NCBI GenBank assembly: GCA_964016885.1
Contig: OZ024743.1
Span: 83,700,001-83,764,000, forward strand
Reading direction: 5' to 3'
Origin: Eledone cirrhosa
Taxonomy: Eukaryota
Length of the DNA stretch: 64,000 nucleotides
Shown: one piece after another, positions 40,182 to 58,789 of the stretch
Position numbering within the stretch: position 1 is the first letter of the stretch
Layout of the letters: the number at the start of each line of letters is the position of its first letter
Translations under genes and position numbers: made by a program
The notes under the pieces: model-generated
Told to the model about the DNA's origin: nothing
The model's database searches: none
The model's input: the letters and a program-made list of their open reading frames with translations, nothing else

Positions 40182-40325
40182 TGTGTTTTATAGTTAGAGT
40201 GGTTCGTATATACATTTTAATTTATATTTTTAATTATTGTGTGTCTACCCTGCATTCCATAGATTATAGAATCCATACTCTGGTGGTTTTCTCTCTTTTA
40301 TTGACTGCGCACTATCTCTCTCTAG

Positions 40326-41048
<723 letters not shown>

Positions 41049-41367
41049 CGTGCGTGCGTGAATTTCGAATATCTTAAGAAATAGTTTTAGGAAGCCGTAG
41101 CTATGCAAACACCGGGGGACTAACGACCTCTGGTGGTGTCCAGTAGAAGCAATGGGCACATCCGTCTATGCATTTCAGGCGTGACTGGCCTTCGTGAGGA
41201 CGGTAGCTCCCACCGCTTGCTACTGCTGGACTTGAAAACAGTCGAAAATATATAGTTTTCTCGTCTGTGTAAATGAGGTGATTAATCTCATTTGCATATC
41301 AAGTTGCATAAGTTGGCTCAACTTATAATAGAAAAGAAATAAGATTTCGCTTCAAGCATAGCTTTAT

Positions 41368-41464
<97 letters not shown>

Positions 41465-41644
41465 GTATACATCCATATATAGGTGTGTGTCTGTATGTAT
41501 ATATGTATATGTATGTACGCATATACATACATTTCTTTCAGTATATGCAGAAAGAAATGTAAGCCCTAGAGAGAGCTAAACGCCATGTTCGTGCCACCCG
41601 TGTAAGAAAAAGATCAAGAAATGGTAATTCACGAAACCGAGACG

Positions 41645-43022
41645 AAACCATTTCCACTACTGTGCATGCTTTCTTCTCCCTGTCCCATATCATTATGCCT
41701 GGTCTGTTGTGTTTGCATTTTATTGGGGTTTTGACTCGAACATTCCACCAAAACTCTTTCAGATTATGTATGTATATGTCTTCCACATTGATGTAACTTT
41801 TAATGTGTTTATTGTCGGGGCTATCTTTTCTACGGATTGCATTGTACAGTGTTTTAGCCACTACATCATGCCTCATAGGTAGATAGTACCGTGATGACAT
41901 CTTTGGACAGCTGCTTATGACATGGGTGACATCTTCGATGTTAATTCTGTAGAGTCTGCATTTGTTGTCACATCTAGGTGTTTTGCCTGCATCCCTATCA
42001 CTTTTGTGAATCAGGTATTTCGTGTTGATTTCCTGTTCTTGGATTGCAAAAGTGTATCCTTCAAAGTGGTAGACAATATAGCGGTTGTTCGTCCAAGATA
42101 GACTACTTAGCTTATCTATATTACTCTCCCTCTGGAGCTTCCTGGCAACGTATCCATGCATGATTTTTTGATGATAAGCATGCAGTTTTTCATCCATGGA
42201 TTCGCTGCGATATTGCTGGATAATTTCCCTGGGTGTGAGCTTTTGATTATCATGCAGGGAGTATCTTTCAAGGAGTTCCTTCCCAACTTTCATGATCTTA
42301 TCTGTCTCATGAGACAGACTTGCTCAGTAGATAGGCTCCTATGCTTCGAGGTTCGTAGATGTTGTCGGTGGGATATGATGTGACATTCAAATGCTGTCTG
42401 GACTGATGTTAGGCCTCTGCCTCCCTGCTTACGTTTCAAGTAAAGGCGGTCTATGTCACAGTTGATGTGAAAGTTTCCGGTGTTATTTAGTATTTTTCGA
42501 GTTCCAACATCAACTGCTCGAATTCCGTCTATCGTCCAATTGAGTATTCCAAACGTTGGTGTTAGGACAGGCACAGCAAACACATTGTGAGCCATTGTTT
42601 TATTGTGCGCAGAGAGTTCCGATGGCCATATTTTTCTTAATCGGGTGTAATATTCTCTGATTACGCGTTCCTTATTACAAATGTTATTATAGAATATGTT
42701 CTCAACTATTCCCAGGTATCTGTAGCAGTCGTCGTCAGATATCGGTGAAACAGTTAGGCCATTCATAAAAATGTTGCTAGATTGGGTTGTGGTTTTTCCC
42801 CGCTTTACAATCATATATGAACACTTATCTTGGCCAAACTCCATTCCTATATACTTTGAGAATGTTGTAACCAGATCAAGATTTTTCTTTCCAGTTATGT
42901 TCTTGGCATAGAGTTTCTAGTCATCCACGAAGAAAATATGGGTTAAATTCGTATTGCTGTCCTCCTGTGAGCCAATGATGTATCCTTCACATTTCTTGAG
43001 CAGAAAGGACAAGGGGTTTAAT
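41645..43022 (-). pseudogene. R4/Dong-clade LINE fragment (RT C-terminus, CCHC motif, start of RLE)
   Basis: Motifs HIFFVDD, MEFGQDKC, YRYLG, RLYLKRKQGGRGL, AIQEQEI, HVISSC..RHDVVA and KHNRP. Confidence 0.88.
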
Positions 43023-43137
43023 GTGTGTGTGTATGTATGTATGTATGTATGCATGCATGTATGTATTTATTTATGTATGTATTATGTATGTATGTATGTA
43101 TGTATTATGTATGTACGTATGTATTATGTATGTATGT

Positions 43138-43657
43138 GTCATGTCGCTTTTCAGAGCTACTGGTAACATGTAACCCAGTACAATCTGTGCATAATCGAGT
43201 CGTCGGCGACTAAACCGGCAAACCCTACCAAGCTTGCTTGGTGAAGAGGGTGATTTTGGATTCCCTGTGGGATGAAAAACAAAATCCCTCAAAGGGCAGA
43301 GGAACTCAGAGGAGTCAACGGCCATCCAATAAAGACTCCTAGTCTTCATTAAGACATCTCTCTAGGAGAAAGTCACTCTGATATAAAACCTGCGACTTCG
43401 CATCCAATGATGTAGGACAGTTCTTCTTTTTGAGTAAATGTATTCGATGTTCAGTGAGTGGGATTGGCCCCGTGCAAAGCCTTTCCTCACTTAAAAAAGC
43501 TTCAAGCACCGGCAACGTTTAATGTGTGACATTTTTTGGGATGCATGGTATTGCTGGCCATGGGCAAGTCCTTATCAGGACTAAAAAGCCACCTCCGTGA
43601 TGATCATGCTTAAGTTTCAAGCGATAACAATATTCGAAATCGAGCTGCAGCGATCAT
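43138..43657 (+). mobile_element. Diverged subfamily of the fixed-end non-autonomous retroelement, in (TATG)n
   Basis: Shares the 5' block, CTAGGAGAAA...ACTCTGATATAA, GGACTAAAAAG and a similar 3' end with 2320-2928. Confidence 0.7.
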
Positions 43658-43662
43658 GTATG

Positions 43663-43696
<34 letters not shown>

Positions 43697-43764
43697 TGTA
43701 TGTATGTATGTATGTATGTATGTATGTATGTATGTATGTATGTATGTATGTATGTATGTATTAT

Positions 43765-44371
43765 GTCAGGTCACCAGTTGGTGCTACTGGTAACATGTAT
43801 CCCAGTACAACCTGTCTCATGGTCGGGTCGTTGGCGACTAAACTGGCAACCCCACCAAGGTTTCTTAGTGAGGAGGGTGACTTTGGACATCCTGCAGGAC
43901 TAAAAACAAAACCTGTCAAAGGGCAAAGGAGCTCTTAAGAGTCAATGGCCATCCAAAATCACCGGGAGAGATGACCCCTTAGCCTTTGTCAAGGCAGAAT
44001 TCTAGGAGAGGGAAAACTCTGATATAATACCTGCAACCCTGATGGTATCCAGTGATGCTGACTTGTTCTTCTTTTTGGTAAATATCATCTTGGTTAAGAG
44101 AGTGGGACTGGCATTGTGCAGTACCTTTGCTCACTATAAAAGCTTCACGGCACAGGCATTGCTTTATATCTGGAGATCTCTCTGCACTTGTCGTCTCATG
44201 GTACCATGGGCCCAGCACTATGTGTCAATAATTGTCACAAGTGTAGTCTTTGTACCAGAGTTTTGAAGTCGCTGGCTGGACTAAAAAGTCACACTCGTTC
44301 AGCGCATCGGTAGGGTTCTCCTACATGGATATAAAGTAGTGGCCGTACTCGAAAACGAGTTGGCAGCCACC
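43765..44371 (+). mobile_element. Second full copy of the about 610-bp element, in (TATG)n
   Basis: Near-identical to 2320-2928. Confidence 0.8.
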
Positions 44372-44489
44372 ATGTATGTATGTATGTATATGCTTGTATG
44401 TATATATATATACATGTATGTATGTATGTATGTATGTATGTATGTATGTATACATATGTATGTATGTATGTTTGAATGTATGTACGTAT

Positions 44490-46430
44490 GTTTCTCTTTT
44501 GACCGGCCACCTTCCTGGTGGCAAGGTTGTAAAAGAAAAGAAATTGTCACCTTGAATCACAAGAATGTTTCACAAATTTTGAAGGTGCCAGCTATAGCAG
44601 CCATTTGTAGTCTATGAATTAGGGAGCTGCGCTCTTTGTCCACAAATCCAAGTTTAGTTATACTTTGGCCCTAGCTGGTTGGTATATAACCTATAGCTCC
44701 AATAATGATGGGTATGAAACTGAAGTTGTATCTTGGATACTGGATCTGCAGACTCCTCATCAATGGTCCGTAGATGTCCTCCTTCTCTTGTATTCTTCTT
44801 ACAACATTGACATCAAGTGGGCAGCTGATCTCTACAACAGAGCACGTTTTCAATGTGTGGTCCCAAACTACAATATCAGACCAGTTGTGCTTTAATTTGG
44901 TGGCAGTTTTTATTTTCAGGTTCCACCAGTATTCTTTAGTGCCATCTGTCTCAATATATTCCTCCCATTTATTTTTAATTTTGTTTTCCTAAGTTCACTC
45001 CAGAAGGTTCTAGCTATCACATCATGTCTCATAGGGAGGTATTAGCGAGACGACATTCTTTCGCAGTTGGTAACAATGTGGCTAACATCTTCGATCTTTG
45101 TTTTACAAAGCCTACATTTATTGTCGACTGATGGCCCTCCTCTTTTGTGTAGCTGATATTTGGTAGGGATTTCTTGTTCCTGTCCTGTATTGCATAGAGA
45201 TATCCTTCAAGGTGGGATGTCATAAACTTGTCGGAACTCTATGCCAGGCTTTTTGAATGATGGTCTGTGTTTTTCGTCTCAGGTACCCATGCACAACTTA
45301 CTCTGGAAATTAGTCCATTTTTTTTATCTTGTTCGAACATTGAATAGGATCTTCCAATTTCCCTGGGAGAGAGATTGATATCAGGCATTATTCCATATCT
45401 CTCCTCCAGATCAGTCGCTATCGTAATGATATTATTTTCTTCATACTCATAGACCTGGGCAAGATGGTTGCTGACCTTTTTCTTCTGCTGAAGATGTTTC
45501 TTCAGTGTTACTATTCGGGTCTCGTATAATGTTAATATGGATTTTAGACCCTGACACCTTCCTTGCGTGAGAAGTATAGCCTATCCACATCACGATTGAT
45601 GTTAAAGTTTTCAGTAACACTGAGAAGCTTGCGAGTTCTTACATCCATCTCCCTTAGTTCTTGCAATGACCAGTTCAGCAGACCAAATGTTGGCGTTAGG
45701 ATTGGCACAGCATAAGTATTGTGGGCAATGTATTTGTTGTACTAATAGTTCTGATGACCATATTTTCTTTACTCTCCTGAGGTATTCAGTTCTGGTTCTC
45801 TCCTTATTTATAGGTCCATCATATCTGATATTCTCATCCTGTCCAACATATATGTAGTTGTCACCTAACTGAAGAGGTTGTATTGTCAAGCCGTTCATCT
45901 CTAGATTTCCGGAGGAGGGCAAAACCCTTCCACGTTTTACTGTCAAATATGCACATTTCGACTCACCAAATTTCATTCTGATGACTGCAGAAAATTGTGT
46001 AATGAGGTCCAACAGTTTTTTTTTATATAGTTGGTATTTGTCCGATGCAACTTCAAGTCATCAACAAAGAAAAGATGGAAGATACTTCTGGACCCACTTC
46101 TGTGGCCAGTTTGTTTTGTGAGCAGGTATGATAGAGGGTTTAGTGAGAGAACGAAGAGCAGCACTGATAAGCTATCACCCTGGAAGATGCCTTTCTGGTA
46201 GTGTATTGTATCAGTCTTTATTTGCTCCTTCTCACTCCTAAGGATTAAATTGGTGTACCAGTTCTTGGTCATGCATTCAACAGCAGCTCTTAGTGCTTGT
46301 GGGACTTTTACTAACTGTAAAGCCTTAATAATCCTCCAATGAGGTACACTATCAGAAGCCTTCTGATAGTCCAGCCACACCACAGTCATTTTCCTGCGAT
46401 TCTTTGCTGTTTTTTCCTGTATCATTTTAT
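44490..46430 (-). pseudogene. R4/Dong-clade LINE, 5'-truncated and frameshifted (second family)
   Basis: Motifs WLDYQKASDSVPHW, GIFQGDSLS, HLFFVDDLKL, FGESKC, VVEISCPLD and PIIIGAIG; ends into (TACA)n. Confidence 0.88.
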
Positions 46431-46472
46431 TTATATGTATGTATGTAAGTATGTATGTATGTTTGTATGTAT

Positions 46473-47100
46473 GTTCTTCTGGTTTTATGATTTCACAAAT
46501 TTTTACCAATAGAGAGACAGTCGGTTTCTAACATAGACACAAGACTCTCTCATTGGAATTTACACATCAACTAGGAAGATTATGTATGCATGTCTGCATG
46601 TGTAGATATGGATGTTATTGTATGTGTGGATGTGTATGTTTTGAGTTGTATGTGTGCATGTGTATATGCTTTGTATCTGTACATGTGTATATGCAGTTAT
46701 TAGATGCAACATTTTTGGAATGTTTTACATATTTTTACTGTTCCATTAATGGATTGTACTTGTAATTTCCTAACTAGTTGTGTTCTTTCTGTTCCTGTGA
46801 AGCCTAGCTTCTCAAGATTTGTATTGAGGCAGTTACTAACATATCCCAGTGCCCCAATAATCACAGGCATAAATCTGAAGGTGTAATCAGGGTGGAGTAT
46901 CTGCAGATTTCTCATCAGTTCTGCATAAATATTCTCCTTTTCGCTAATCTTTGATATTATATTGGCATCTGCTGGGCAGTTAATTTCCACTACTGTGTAT
47001 GCTTTCTTCTCCCTGTCCCATATCATAATATCTGGTCTATTGTGCTTGCATTTTATTGGGGTTTTTACTAGAACATTCCACCAGTACTCTTTCATATTAT
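46473..47100 (-). pseudogene. R4/Dong-clade RLE C-terminus plus 3' UTR
   Basis: KHNRPDIMIWD...VVEINCPAD...KENIYAEL...PVIIGALG; flanked by (TATG)n. Confidence 0.85.
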
Positions 47101-47282
47101 GTATGTATACATATGTATACATATGTATGTATGTAAGTATACATATGTATGTATGTGTGTATGTATACATATGTATGTATGTGTGTATGTATGTATGTTT
47201 GAATGTATGTGTGTACGTATACATATGTATGTATGTATGTATACATATGTTTGTTTGTATGTATGTTTGTATGTATGTATAC

Positions 47283-47313
<31 letters not shown>

Positions 47314-48075
47314 TGTATGTATGTATGTATGTATGTATGTATGTATGTATGTATGTATGTATGTACTCATGTATGTATGTATGTATGTATGTATGTATGT
47401 ATGTATGTATGTATGTATGTATGAATACACAAATTCTAAAATTTTCTACATCAATCAAAATATTTCTATATTTGTAACCCTTGTATGTCTGATTAATCCA
47501 TTATAAATATAATTTGTTTTTCGTTAATCTGTCATTATTACTTACGATAATGTTGCTGTCACTCTTGTTGTTCTTCTTCTTATCGCCATTATTCAATATT
47601 ACATTTATCATTAAATATCTTTATTCGTCATTATTTCCTTGGCAGTATCGGTAGAGGGTCGGACGCCATATTTTGACGCATAGAGTTACGGTCCTTGCCA
47701 TTCTGAGTTCAAATCCCGCCGAGGTTAACTTTGCCTTTCATCCTTACAGGGTCCTATAAAATAAAGTACCAGTAATGTACTGAGTAATTGCTGGCCTTGT
47801 ACCAATAGTAGAAACAATTATTTCCTATTTCGGAGCACGCGCACGAACACACATGTCTATGTACGTATATATATATACGCATCTATAAACACACCACACA
47901 CATATAAACAGACACGCACACACACACGCACGCACACGCATATATATATATATATGTGTATATATATATATAACTTTTCATTTATATTATATTATATATA
48001 CATATAAATTAGTATATATACATATATAATTTGAATTAAAAGATACGTATATAAAGATAAATTAGTATATATATA

Positions 48076-48680
48076 CACAGCCGAAATACGATCTCGCTGA
48101 AATTATATTTGTATTAATCTCCCGAGCCTTGCAATTAATCAGTTAATTCTGTTAGACCATTCTATTGACTAATTAATTGCTTAAGTTTATTTAAAAACAT
48201 TCCGGTCGAGAGCTTAATTCAATTTGTGCAGTTTTTTGCAATTCTTGCAATAATGTTACCCTTGCAGGGTAAACACGTGGGGTAATCACTCCAACATCGG
48301 AACCCGCTCGACGGCTGAGAACAAAATGCCTGTTGACGAAATCGCAGCCTTGTTCGATCCTTATACCAAAAGCTTACAATGAAAGCAGGCAGTATAATTG
48401 ATTTAGGTGTCACAGAAACCTCCCACTGGATTATACCATCAATTTCCAGGAGGTCCAGGTAAATTCTTTTGTTAACCTGCTTAGCTTGCTTCGTTTTTTG
48501 GGGGGCTCCGGTGGCTGATAGCTTCATGACCGCCGTTTTCAGTTTGTATGGCCTCTATAACTTATGTTAATTGCTCTGGTTTTCTTTTAGTCCCTTGAGC
48601 GCTTACCGCATATCTCGAAAATTGCGTTTCGCTTTGTTTTTAACCACAGCCGAAATACGATCTCGCTGAAATTATATTTA
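48076..48680. mobile_element. (TA)n-flanked element with about 35-bp terminal direct repeats (possible partial-tandem pLTR)
   Basis: CACAGCCGAAATACGATCTCGCTGAAATTATATTT near 48076 and 48645; related reverse copy near 28645-28730. Confidence 0.45.
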
Positions 48681-49717
48681 TATATATATATGAAAAATAT
48701 GGGTGAGAAGAATACTGCTGGTTGCACATGGATAACATGTTATAAAATGAGTCCCTCATCGGTGATTTACCAAACGATCATGGGTATTTCATCGCATTAA
48801 AAATCATATACCTCACGTTGGAGCGATAATAACTAAAATAAGTTATTAGGACAATAGAAACGCGTAAAGCGAGTGAGACAAGTAAACAACACAGGGGGAA
48901 GCTAACCGAAGATGGAAATGAACACAAGCAACATAGTTATTCTTTCAGCATAAGCTGTGTGAATATATGAGCGTGTCCACCATCCACCGACCAACAAACA
49001 ACAATCAGGCAGACTACTAATACAACACCACACCTGCCAGTATCAAATACTAAAGAAATTGACAGCGAAAAATGCGTACGCACTGACACATCACCATCCC
49101 ACTACTCTAGTATAGAAGAACTGCCTCGACCTTTGTCTGACAGCAGCTATTCCGCCGCGCGCGCGCCCTAGAGAGTAGTTCAGTTGTACACAGAAGATAG
49201 ACAACAGAGACCAAGTGTTGCTCCTCTCCGACTAAAAACTTTCCCCCTAGGAAACCCCCCAGTTAATGGATGCGAAATCCGAAATATAGGGACAATTAAA
49301 TCATTTCCATGGTAACTCTATCTCGTGTTATTATCTTTACACTCTTTGGTGGTGGATTGGTAGTATCGGTAGAGGGTCGAACGCCATACTTTGACACATA
49401 GAGTTACGGCCCTTGCCATTCTGATTTCAAATCCTGCCGAGGTTAACTTTACCTTTCATCCTTACGGGGTCGATAAAATAAAGTACCAATAATACACTGG
49501 GATAATTGCTGGCCTTGTGCCAAAAGTAGAAACAATTATTTTTACACTCTTTCCTACGTTCCTCTACACCCTACACGTCACATTCTATATTTCCTCTTAC
49601 ATCTCCCTCTTTACCACCTGATTCTGTTACCCGGAGATTTACCCATCTGCATTGTTGAGGCTTCCGAAACGACCAATTTTATATAGCCACGCATCTTCAC
49701 GTGCGTCAGCATATACA

Positions 49718-49767
<50 letters not shown>

Positions 49768-50100
49768 GTGTGTGTGTCTGTGTATTTGTGTGTATGTGTA
49801 TGTATGGATATGTGGATATATATGTGGGTATGTATGTATATGTATATGTATGTGTATTTGTACGTGTATATATGTGTGTATGTATATATATATGTATATA
49901 TGTATATATATATATATATGTATATGTATATATGTGTGTGTATGTATATGTGTGTGTGTGTGCGTGTGTGTGTGTGTGTGTGTGCATGTGTGTTTATCTA
50001 CTTTTATACTTTTCCTTTCCTTCTTCTTTTTCCAGCGTCACTTTCATATAGATTATATTTTTGTCTTTAAAATCCACTGTCAATAAATACACCAGGATTT

Positions 50101-50161
50101 TTTCATTCTGATGATTGAAAGCAAATTTTGTTTGCTTTCAAGAAACCACTGGTAAATGAAA
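50101..50161 (+). ncRNA. Type I hammerhead, family H, canonical
   Basis: TTTCATT-CTGATGA-TTGAAAGCAAA(TTTTG)TTTGCTTTCAA-GAAA-CCACTGG-TA-AATGAAA. Confidence 0.88.
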
Positions 50162-50203
50162 TAATTATCTTATGTTGTTTATTACATAACTATATATATA
50201 TAA

Positions 50204-50360
50204 ACCCGTAGAGCAAATATTTATTATAAGAACAGATTAAAGTTTAAGCAAAGAATCGCTGCTTTCACCCTTAACGGGATCTTCTGAAACTCAAAAGATC
50301 CCGTTATGGGTGAAAGCAGCGATTCTTTGCTTAAACTTTAATCTGTCCTTGTAATAAATA
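50204..50360. mobile_element. Fold-back, family G
   Basis: Arms 50232-50283 and 50295-50346; (TA)n flanks. Confidence 0.75.
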
Positions 50361-50399
50361 TATATATACATATATATAAATATATATACATACATATAT

Positions 50400-50450
<51 letters not shown>

Positions 50451-50556
50451 CAAAGGAATTGTGGTAAAGAACCAGATGGACCATAACGCACCAGAGTACT
50501 CAATACTTAGGGTAGTAGAGTGGGAAATCTTTCCTATATATATATAGGAAATCTTT

Positions 50557-50728
<172 letters not shown>

Positions 50729-51294
50729 AATGAAAAATGGCGTGCTGTGTTGTTGCAAATGTGATATACAAATTAAAATGAAGAATTAGAAATAGAAGCC
50801 AGGACTATCCATCATCAGTGATCTACTAGCCATCATAGGTATTTCTGTGCATTAAAGACCAGATACCTCAGGCTAGCGCGAACAATAACTAAAATAAGTT
50901 ATTGGGATAAAAAGAATTGGGTGGAGAAAGAGAGACAGGTAAACAACACGAATGGTCAGGCAACGTAAAGAGAGGAAAAAAATGAGAAAATCAAGTCAAT
51001 GATTCATTTGAACATAAGAAGTTGCGAATATTGACGAGAAGACGAAAGACACATCTTAACCAGGCGAAAGTAAGCGAGGAAAGAATTTCGCACGGTGTGC
51101 GACGATGGCGGAAGTGAGAGAGAGGGTGAGTAGCAGAGAGTGGGTGAGTGAAAGTGTGAGGAAGAGGCTAGCCGAGAGAGGGTGACTAGCAGAGGGGGTG
51201 AATGAAAGTAAGAGGGAGAAGGAGAGAGAAGAGGGAGAGAGAAAGAGGATAGCAGTAAGGGAAGAGAAAAAGACAGGTCACAGCGAAGAGGAAA

Positions 51295-51344
<50 letters not shown>

Positions 51345-51626
51345 ATAATAATATACATACATACATATATAGATAGATATATATGCAGAGGTCATATTTA
51401 ATTTGTTGGGATTCAACAAGCTTAAAAATTGTTATAACTGATATAAAGCACTCAACGGTTTAGTGGAGTAAATACACAATATATTAATAAATGGAAACTA
51501 TATTTATAAAACCATATTTATTTTATTATACATATTTCAAGGGCCACCTTGATATATATATATACAACAGAAATAAGGTCTACTTCTTCTTTGTTTGTTT
51601 TTTTTGTATTTTCTGTTCAACTTCTA

Positions 51627-51685
51627 GCTGCCTGATGAGGTCATATCTCTTGCATAAGAGTTATCACCGAAATATATATAACGGC
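51627..51685 (+). ncRNA. Hammerhead related to 23895-23948
   Basis: GCTGC-CTGATGA-GGT...CTCTT(GCAT)AAGAG...ACC-GAAA-TATATA-TA-ACGGC. Confidence 0.7.
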
Positions 51686-51837
51686 AATTATGAATAAACG
51701 AAGTAAATTATAATCTATTCACTTGTACTTAGTGTTTATATATATATACTCCGGTGTAAGCAGACCCACTTGTGTACTTCGACGAATGCTCTACCCTGCA
51801 TGCGGAAGCGTCGGTGATGAACTCACACATACTCTAA

Positions 51838-51889
<52 letters not shown>

Positions 51890-52149
51890 AAAATTTTAGC
51901 TCTACATGGCTGAATACAATAAATGTAATCTGAGTTTTCAAATATTAATAATAACATTCGATTCGTTTGCAATTATGCAAACAAGCCTCATTTTTATAGC
52001 CATGTCAGTAGAATGAACTCTTTATTCTTGCTGTTGTGTTGGCATGTAAACATAACTGCAGACACTAATGTTTCTGGGTATTGCCCTACATCAGTGCAGT
52101 TCACTGTTCACCTGCCAAACTATCAGAGGTAGTGGAAATATATGCTATT

Positions 52150-52352
52150 TTCAAAAATACACACTGACTGATCGGCCTGTTTCCGTTGGTCTTTCCAATT
52201 GCTAATACTATCTATCGGTCGCAACTCCAGGTAGAAGGAGCGACGTGAAATAAAGTGTCTTGCTCAAGGACATAACACATCACCCGGTCCAGGAATCGAA
52301 CTGACAACTTCACGATTGCGAATCCAGTTCTCTAACCAATCAGCTACACACT
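52150..52352 (-). mobile_element. tRNA-derived SINE
   Basis: Reverse-strand B box GTTCGATTCC and TTGAGCAAGACACTTTAT body. Confidence 0.7.
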
Positions 52353-52375
52353 CACGCGCGCGTGCGCACACACAC

Positions 52376-52536
<161 letters not shown>

Positions 52537-53815
52537 CTAGCAGTGGTACCCGGCGTTGCACGGGATAAGGTGTTGTGAAATATATAACCGCCTTAGCTAA
52601 GCTTAGTATTGCCACAACCACGGCTGGCAAAGAAGTAAGGGTCTGGTGGTACGTAAGTAAGCAACACTGTGGCTTAAAACGTGAGGAAGAAGTTGTATGC
52701 ACTTACCAACTGTTTGGGGAATGGGTGTGAGATTTGTCTTGAGCAAGTGTGGCGGAATAACTGGATGCAGCAGACAACCAGACATACAGGCAGATATTAT
52801 AAGGGCGCGTTCAAATCCTGCCGCGGTTAACTTAGCCTTTCATCCTGACGAGGTCGATAAAATAAAGTACCAGTAATGCACTGGGATAATTGCTTGCCTT
52901 GTGCCAAATATAGAAACAATTATAAAGGCGCGTTCTGGACGTAGAGCGAATTGTAGGAAGTGACGTAATGCAGACAGTCAGACATACAGACAGATATTAT
53001 AAGGGCGCGACGTTATATGTATGTATCTATCTAAAAATAGAAAGACTAAGAATTATAGAGAGAGATCGCTAAATCGCCTAATGCGGTCTCTAGGGCATTG
53101 AAAATTTGAAATTTCTTTTGCTCAAAACACTCCCTGAAACATAAGTATTACATGTGTAAAGTTTGAAAACAGTCGGTTGGGTGTTTCTCTAGTTTTAGGG
53201 ATTCAAACTCACACACACACAGACAGACATCCTCAGTTTTATATATATAGACTAGCAGAAAACCACCCGGGGGTGGGGGCGGTTTTCTGCTAGTCTATAT
53301 ATCTAAAACAGAGAATGTCTGTCTGTCTGTCAGCTCACTAAAACTTGAGAACCATCCAACCGATTGTTTTCAAACTTTAGACATGTAATACTTATGGTCC
53401 TGTGAGTGTTTTGAGCAAAAATTATTTCAAATTTTCAATGCCCTAGGGACCGCATTAGGCGATTTAGCGTTCTCTCTATATAACTCTTAGTCTTTCTTTT
53501 TAGATAGATACATAGATATAACGTTGCGCCCTTATAATATCTGTCTGTTTGTCTGGCTGTCTGCATTACGTCATTATGACGCGCTCAGCGCGATTCCCTC
53601 GGCCTCAGTGACCAAAGTCAGTGGAGAGGGGAAGGTAATGTTTCTGTAGCACGTGTTTTAGCGTCTATTCACTCTCTCTCTCTCTCCCTCTCTCCCTCCC
53701 GCTATCCCCCTCTCGTAGTCTGTCTCTTTCTTTCACTCTCACTCTCTCTCTACGCACGTGTTTCCACTGTCGGACAGACAGACAGAGAAATTGCTGGTTA
53801 TATATATAAGTAGAT
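52537..53815. mobile_element. Helentron/DINE-like composite containing the palindromic dimer centred near 53273
   Basis: 5' end ACTAGCAGTGGTACCCGGCG; arms 52961-53573; 3' end 53590-53815 repeats 39512-39741. Confidence 0.7.
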
Positions 53816-54052
53816 ATGCCTACTAAATTTCGTTAAAAGATTAAAGATATTTTATTGTTTATTTAAATATTCACTTCTTTAAAATTTTCAGATGTTAACA
53901 CTTCTGGTTAGCGATAACTTATACGACATTCCTCTCTTAGTCTGTCTTTTTAGATATAGATACATGGCTATAACGTCGCGCCCTTATAATATGTCTCTGT
54001 ATGTTTGGCTGTCTGCATTATGAAAACCATTCTATACATTGACTTCGCTATC

Positions 54053-55500
<1,448 letters not shown>

Positions 55501-55889
55501 TATATATATAGTATATATATATATAGTATATATATATAGTGTTAGTATCATAAATAAGAGACAGTTTAATTTGTACATTTTATTACACCATTCCTTTATA
55601 CGTATATATACGTATATATACATAAACATGTTATTTATAGTTGTATAAAAAAGAAGTATAATTGTTTCTACTTTTGGCACAAGGCCAGCAATTATCCTAG
55701 TACATTACAGGTACTTTATTATATATAATATATATAATACGACATTCCTCTCTGTTTCTTACTCTGTCTTTTTAGATAGATACATAGCTATAACGTCGCA
55801 CCCTTATAATATCTCTCTGTCTGGCTGTCTATCTGCATTGACTTCGCTTCTAACCAACTTTTAATTAATTATTTATATATATATAATTA

Positions 55890-56530
55890 TATATTCAACA
55901 GTAATACTGTACTATATATGTTCAACAGTAATACTGCACTACACTATATATTTTCAACAGTAATACTGTACTGTACTATATATTTTCAACAGTAATACTG
56001 TACTATATATTTTCAACATTAATACTATACTATATATTTTCAACAGTAATACTATACTATATATTTCCAACAGTGATACTATGCTATACTATATATTTTC
56101 AACAGTAATACTATATATTTTTAACAGTAATACTGTACTATATATTTTCAACAGTAATACTATATATTTTCAACAGTAATACTATATATTTTCAACAGTA
56201 ATACTGTACTATATATTTTCAACAGTAATACTATACCATATATTTTCAACAGTAATACTATACTATATATTTTCAACAGTAATACTATACTATATATTTT
56301 CAACAGTAATACTATACCATATATTTTCAACAGTAATACTATACTATATGTTTTCAACAGTAAAATTATACTATATATTTTCAATAGTAATACTATATTA
56401 TACTATATATTTTCAACAGTAATACTGTATTGTACTATATATTTTCAACATTAATACTATATTATATTATATATTTTCAACAGTAATACTGTACTATATA
56501 TTTTCAACAGTAATACTATACTACATATTT
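55890..56530. repeat. AT-rich minisatellite of about 27 bp (TATATATTTTCAACAGTAATACTRTAC)
   Basis: Read directly; 9-aa period in ORF 56160-56384. Confidence 0.9.
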
Positions 56531-56537
56531 TGGAACG

Positions 56538-58162
<1,625 letters not shown>

Positions 58163-58164
58163 AA

Positions 58165-58490
58165 GGTGTGTGGTATAGTGGTTAGAGCGTTTGGCTTTAA
58201 TGTATAATATAATTTATAGTGTAGTGTACACAGTTCTATCACATCATAGTACGTTGGCTTTGCAATCATTAAGTCCCATGTTCGATACCACTGCTTGGTA
58301 TATTGGGGAAATGTAATTTACCATAACCTTAGGTCGATACCTTCCTTCTAAATGAAATTGTGTAAACGATAAATGCTTAGAAGACTGTCGATGGACTGTA
58401 CCTGTGATGCTAACGGTCAGCTTTGTCAAACACTGTGTCGCGCTGAATCTCCCTGAGAATTACGTTAAGTGTATAGGTGTAGTTTTCAGT
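58165..58490 (+). mobile_element. tRNA-derived SINE with an insertion in its head
   Basis: A box TGGTATAGTGG near 58171 and B box GTTCGATACC near 58280; TTGGCTTT duplicated around the insert. Confidence 0.6.
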
Positions 58491-58758
58491 GTGTGTGAAT
58501 AAGTTGGTGTGGGTGCGAATTAGGTGAGGGTATGAATATGACATATTTTCTTTTTCTTAATATCTTAACTATCGTTTTCTTTAAAATGAATTTTCTTTAA
58601 ATCTTTCAGTCCCATTTAGTTGTAAGAAATCTGGTCACAGCCATTATATTTGTCACATATACCATGTCATGTAAAAACTATTTTCACTTGCGTGATCAGC
58701 GGCAATCTGCGAAACTCAAAGTAGCAACATAGAATAATAATAGTAAATATTAAATATA

Positions 58759-58789
<31 letters not shown>
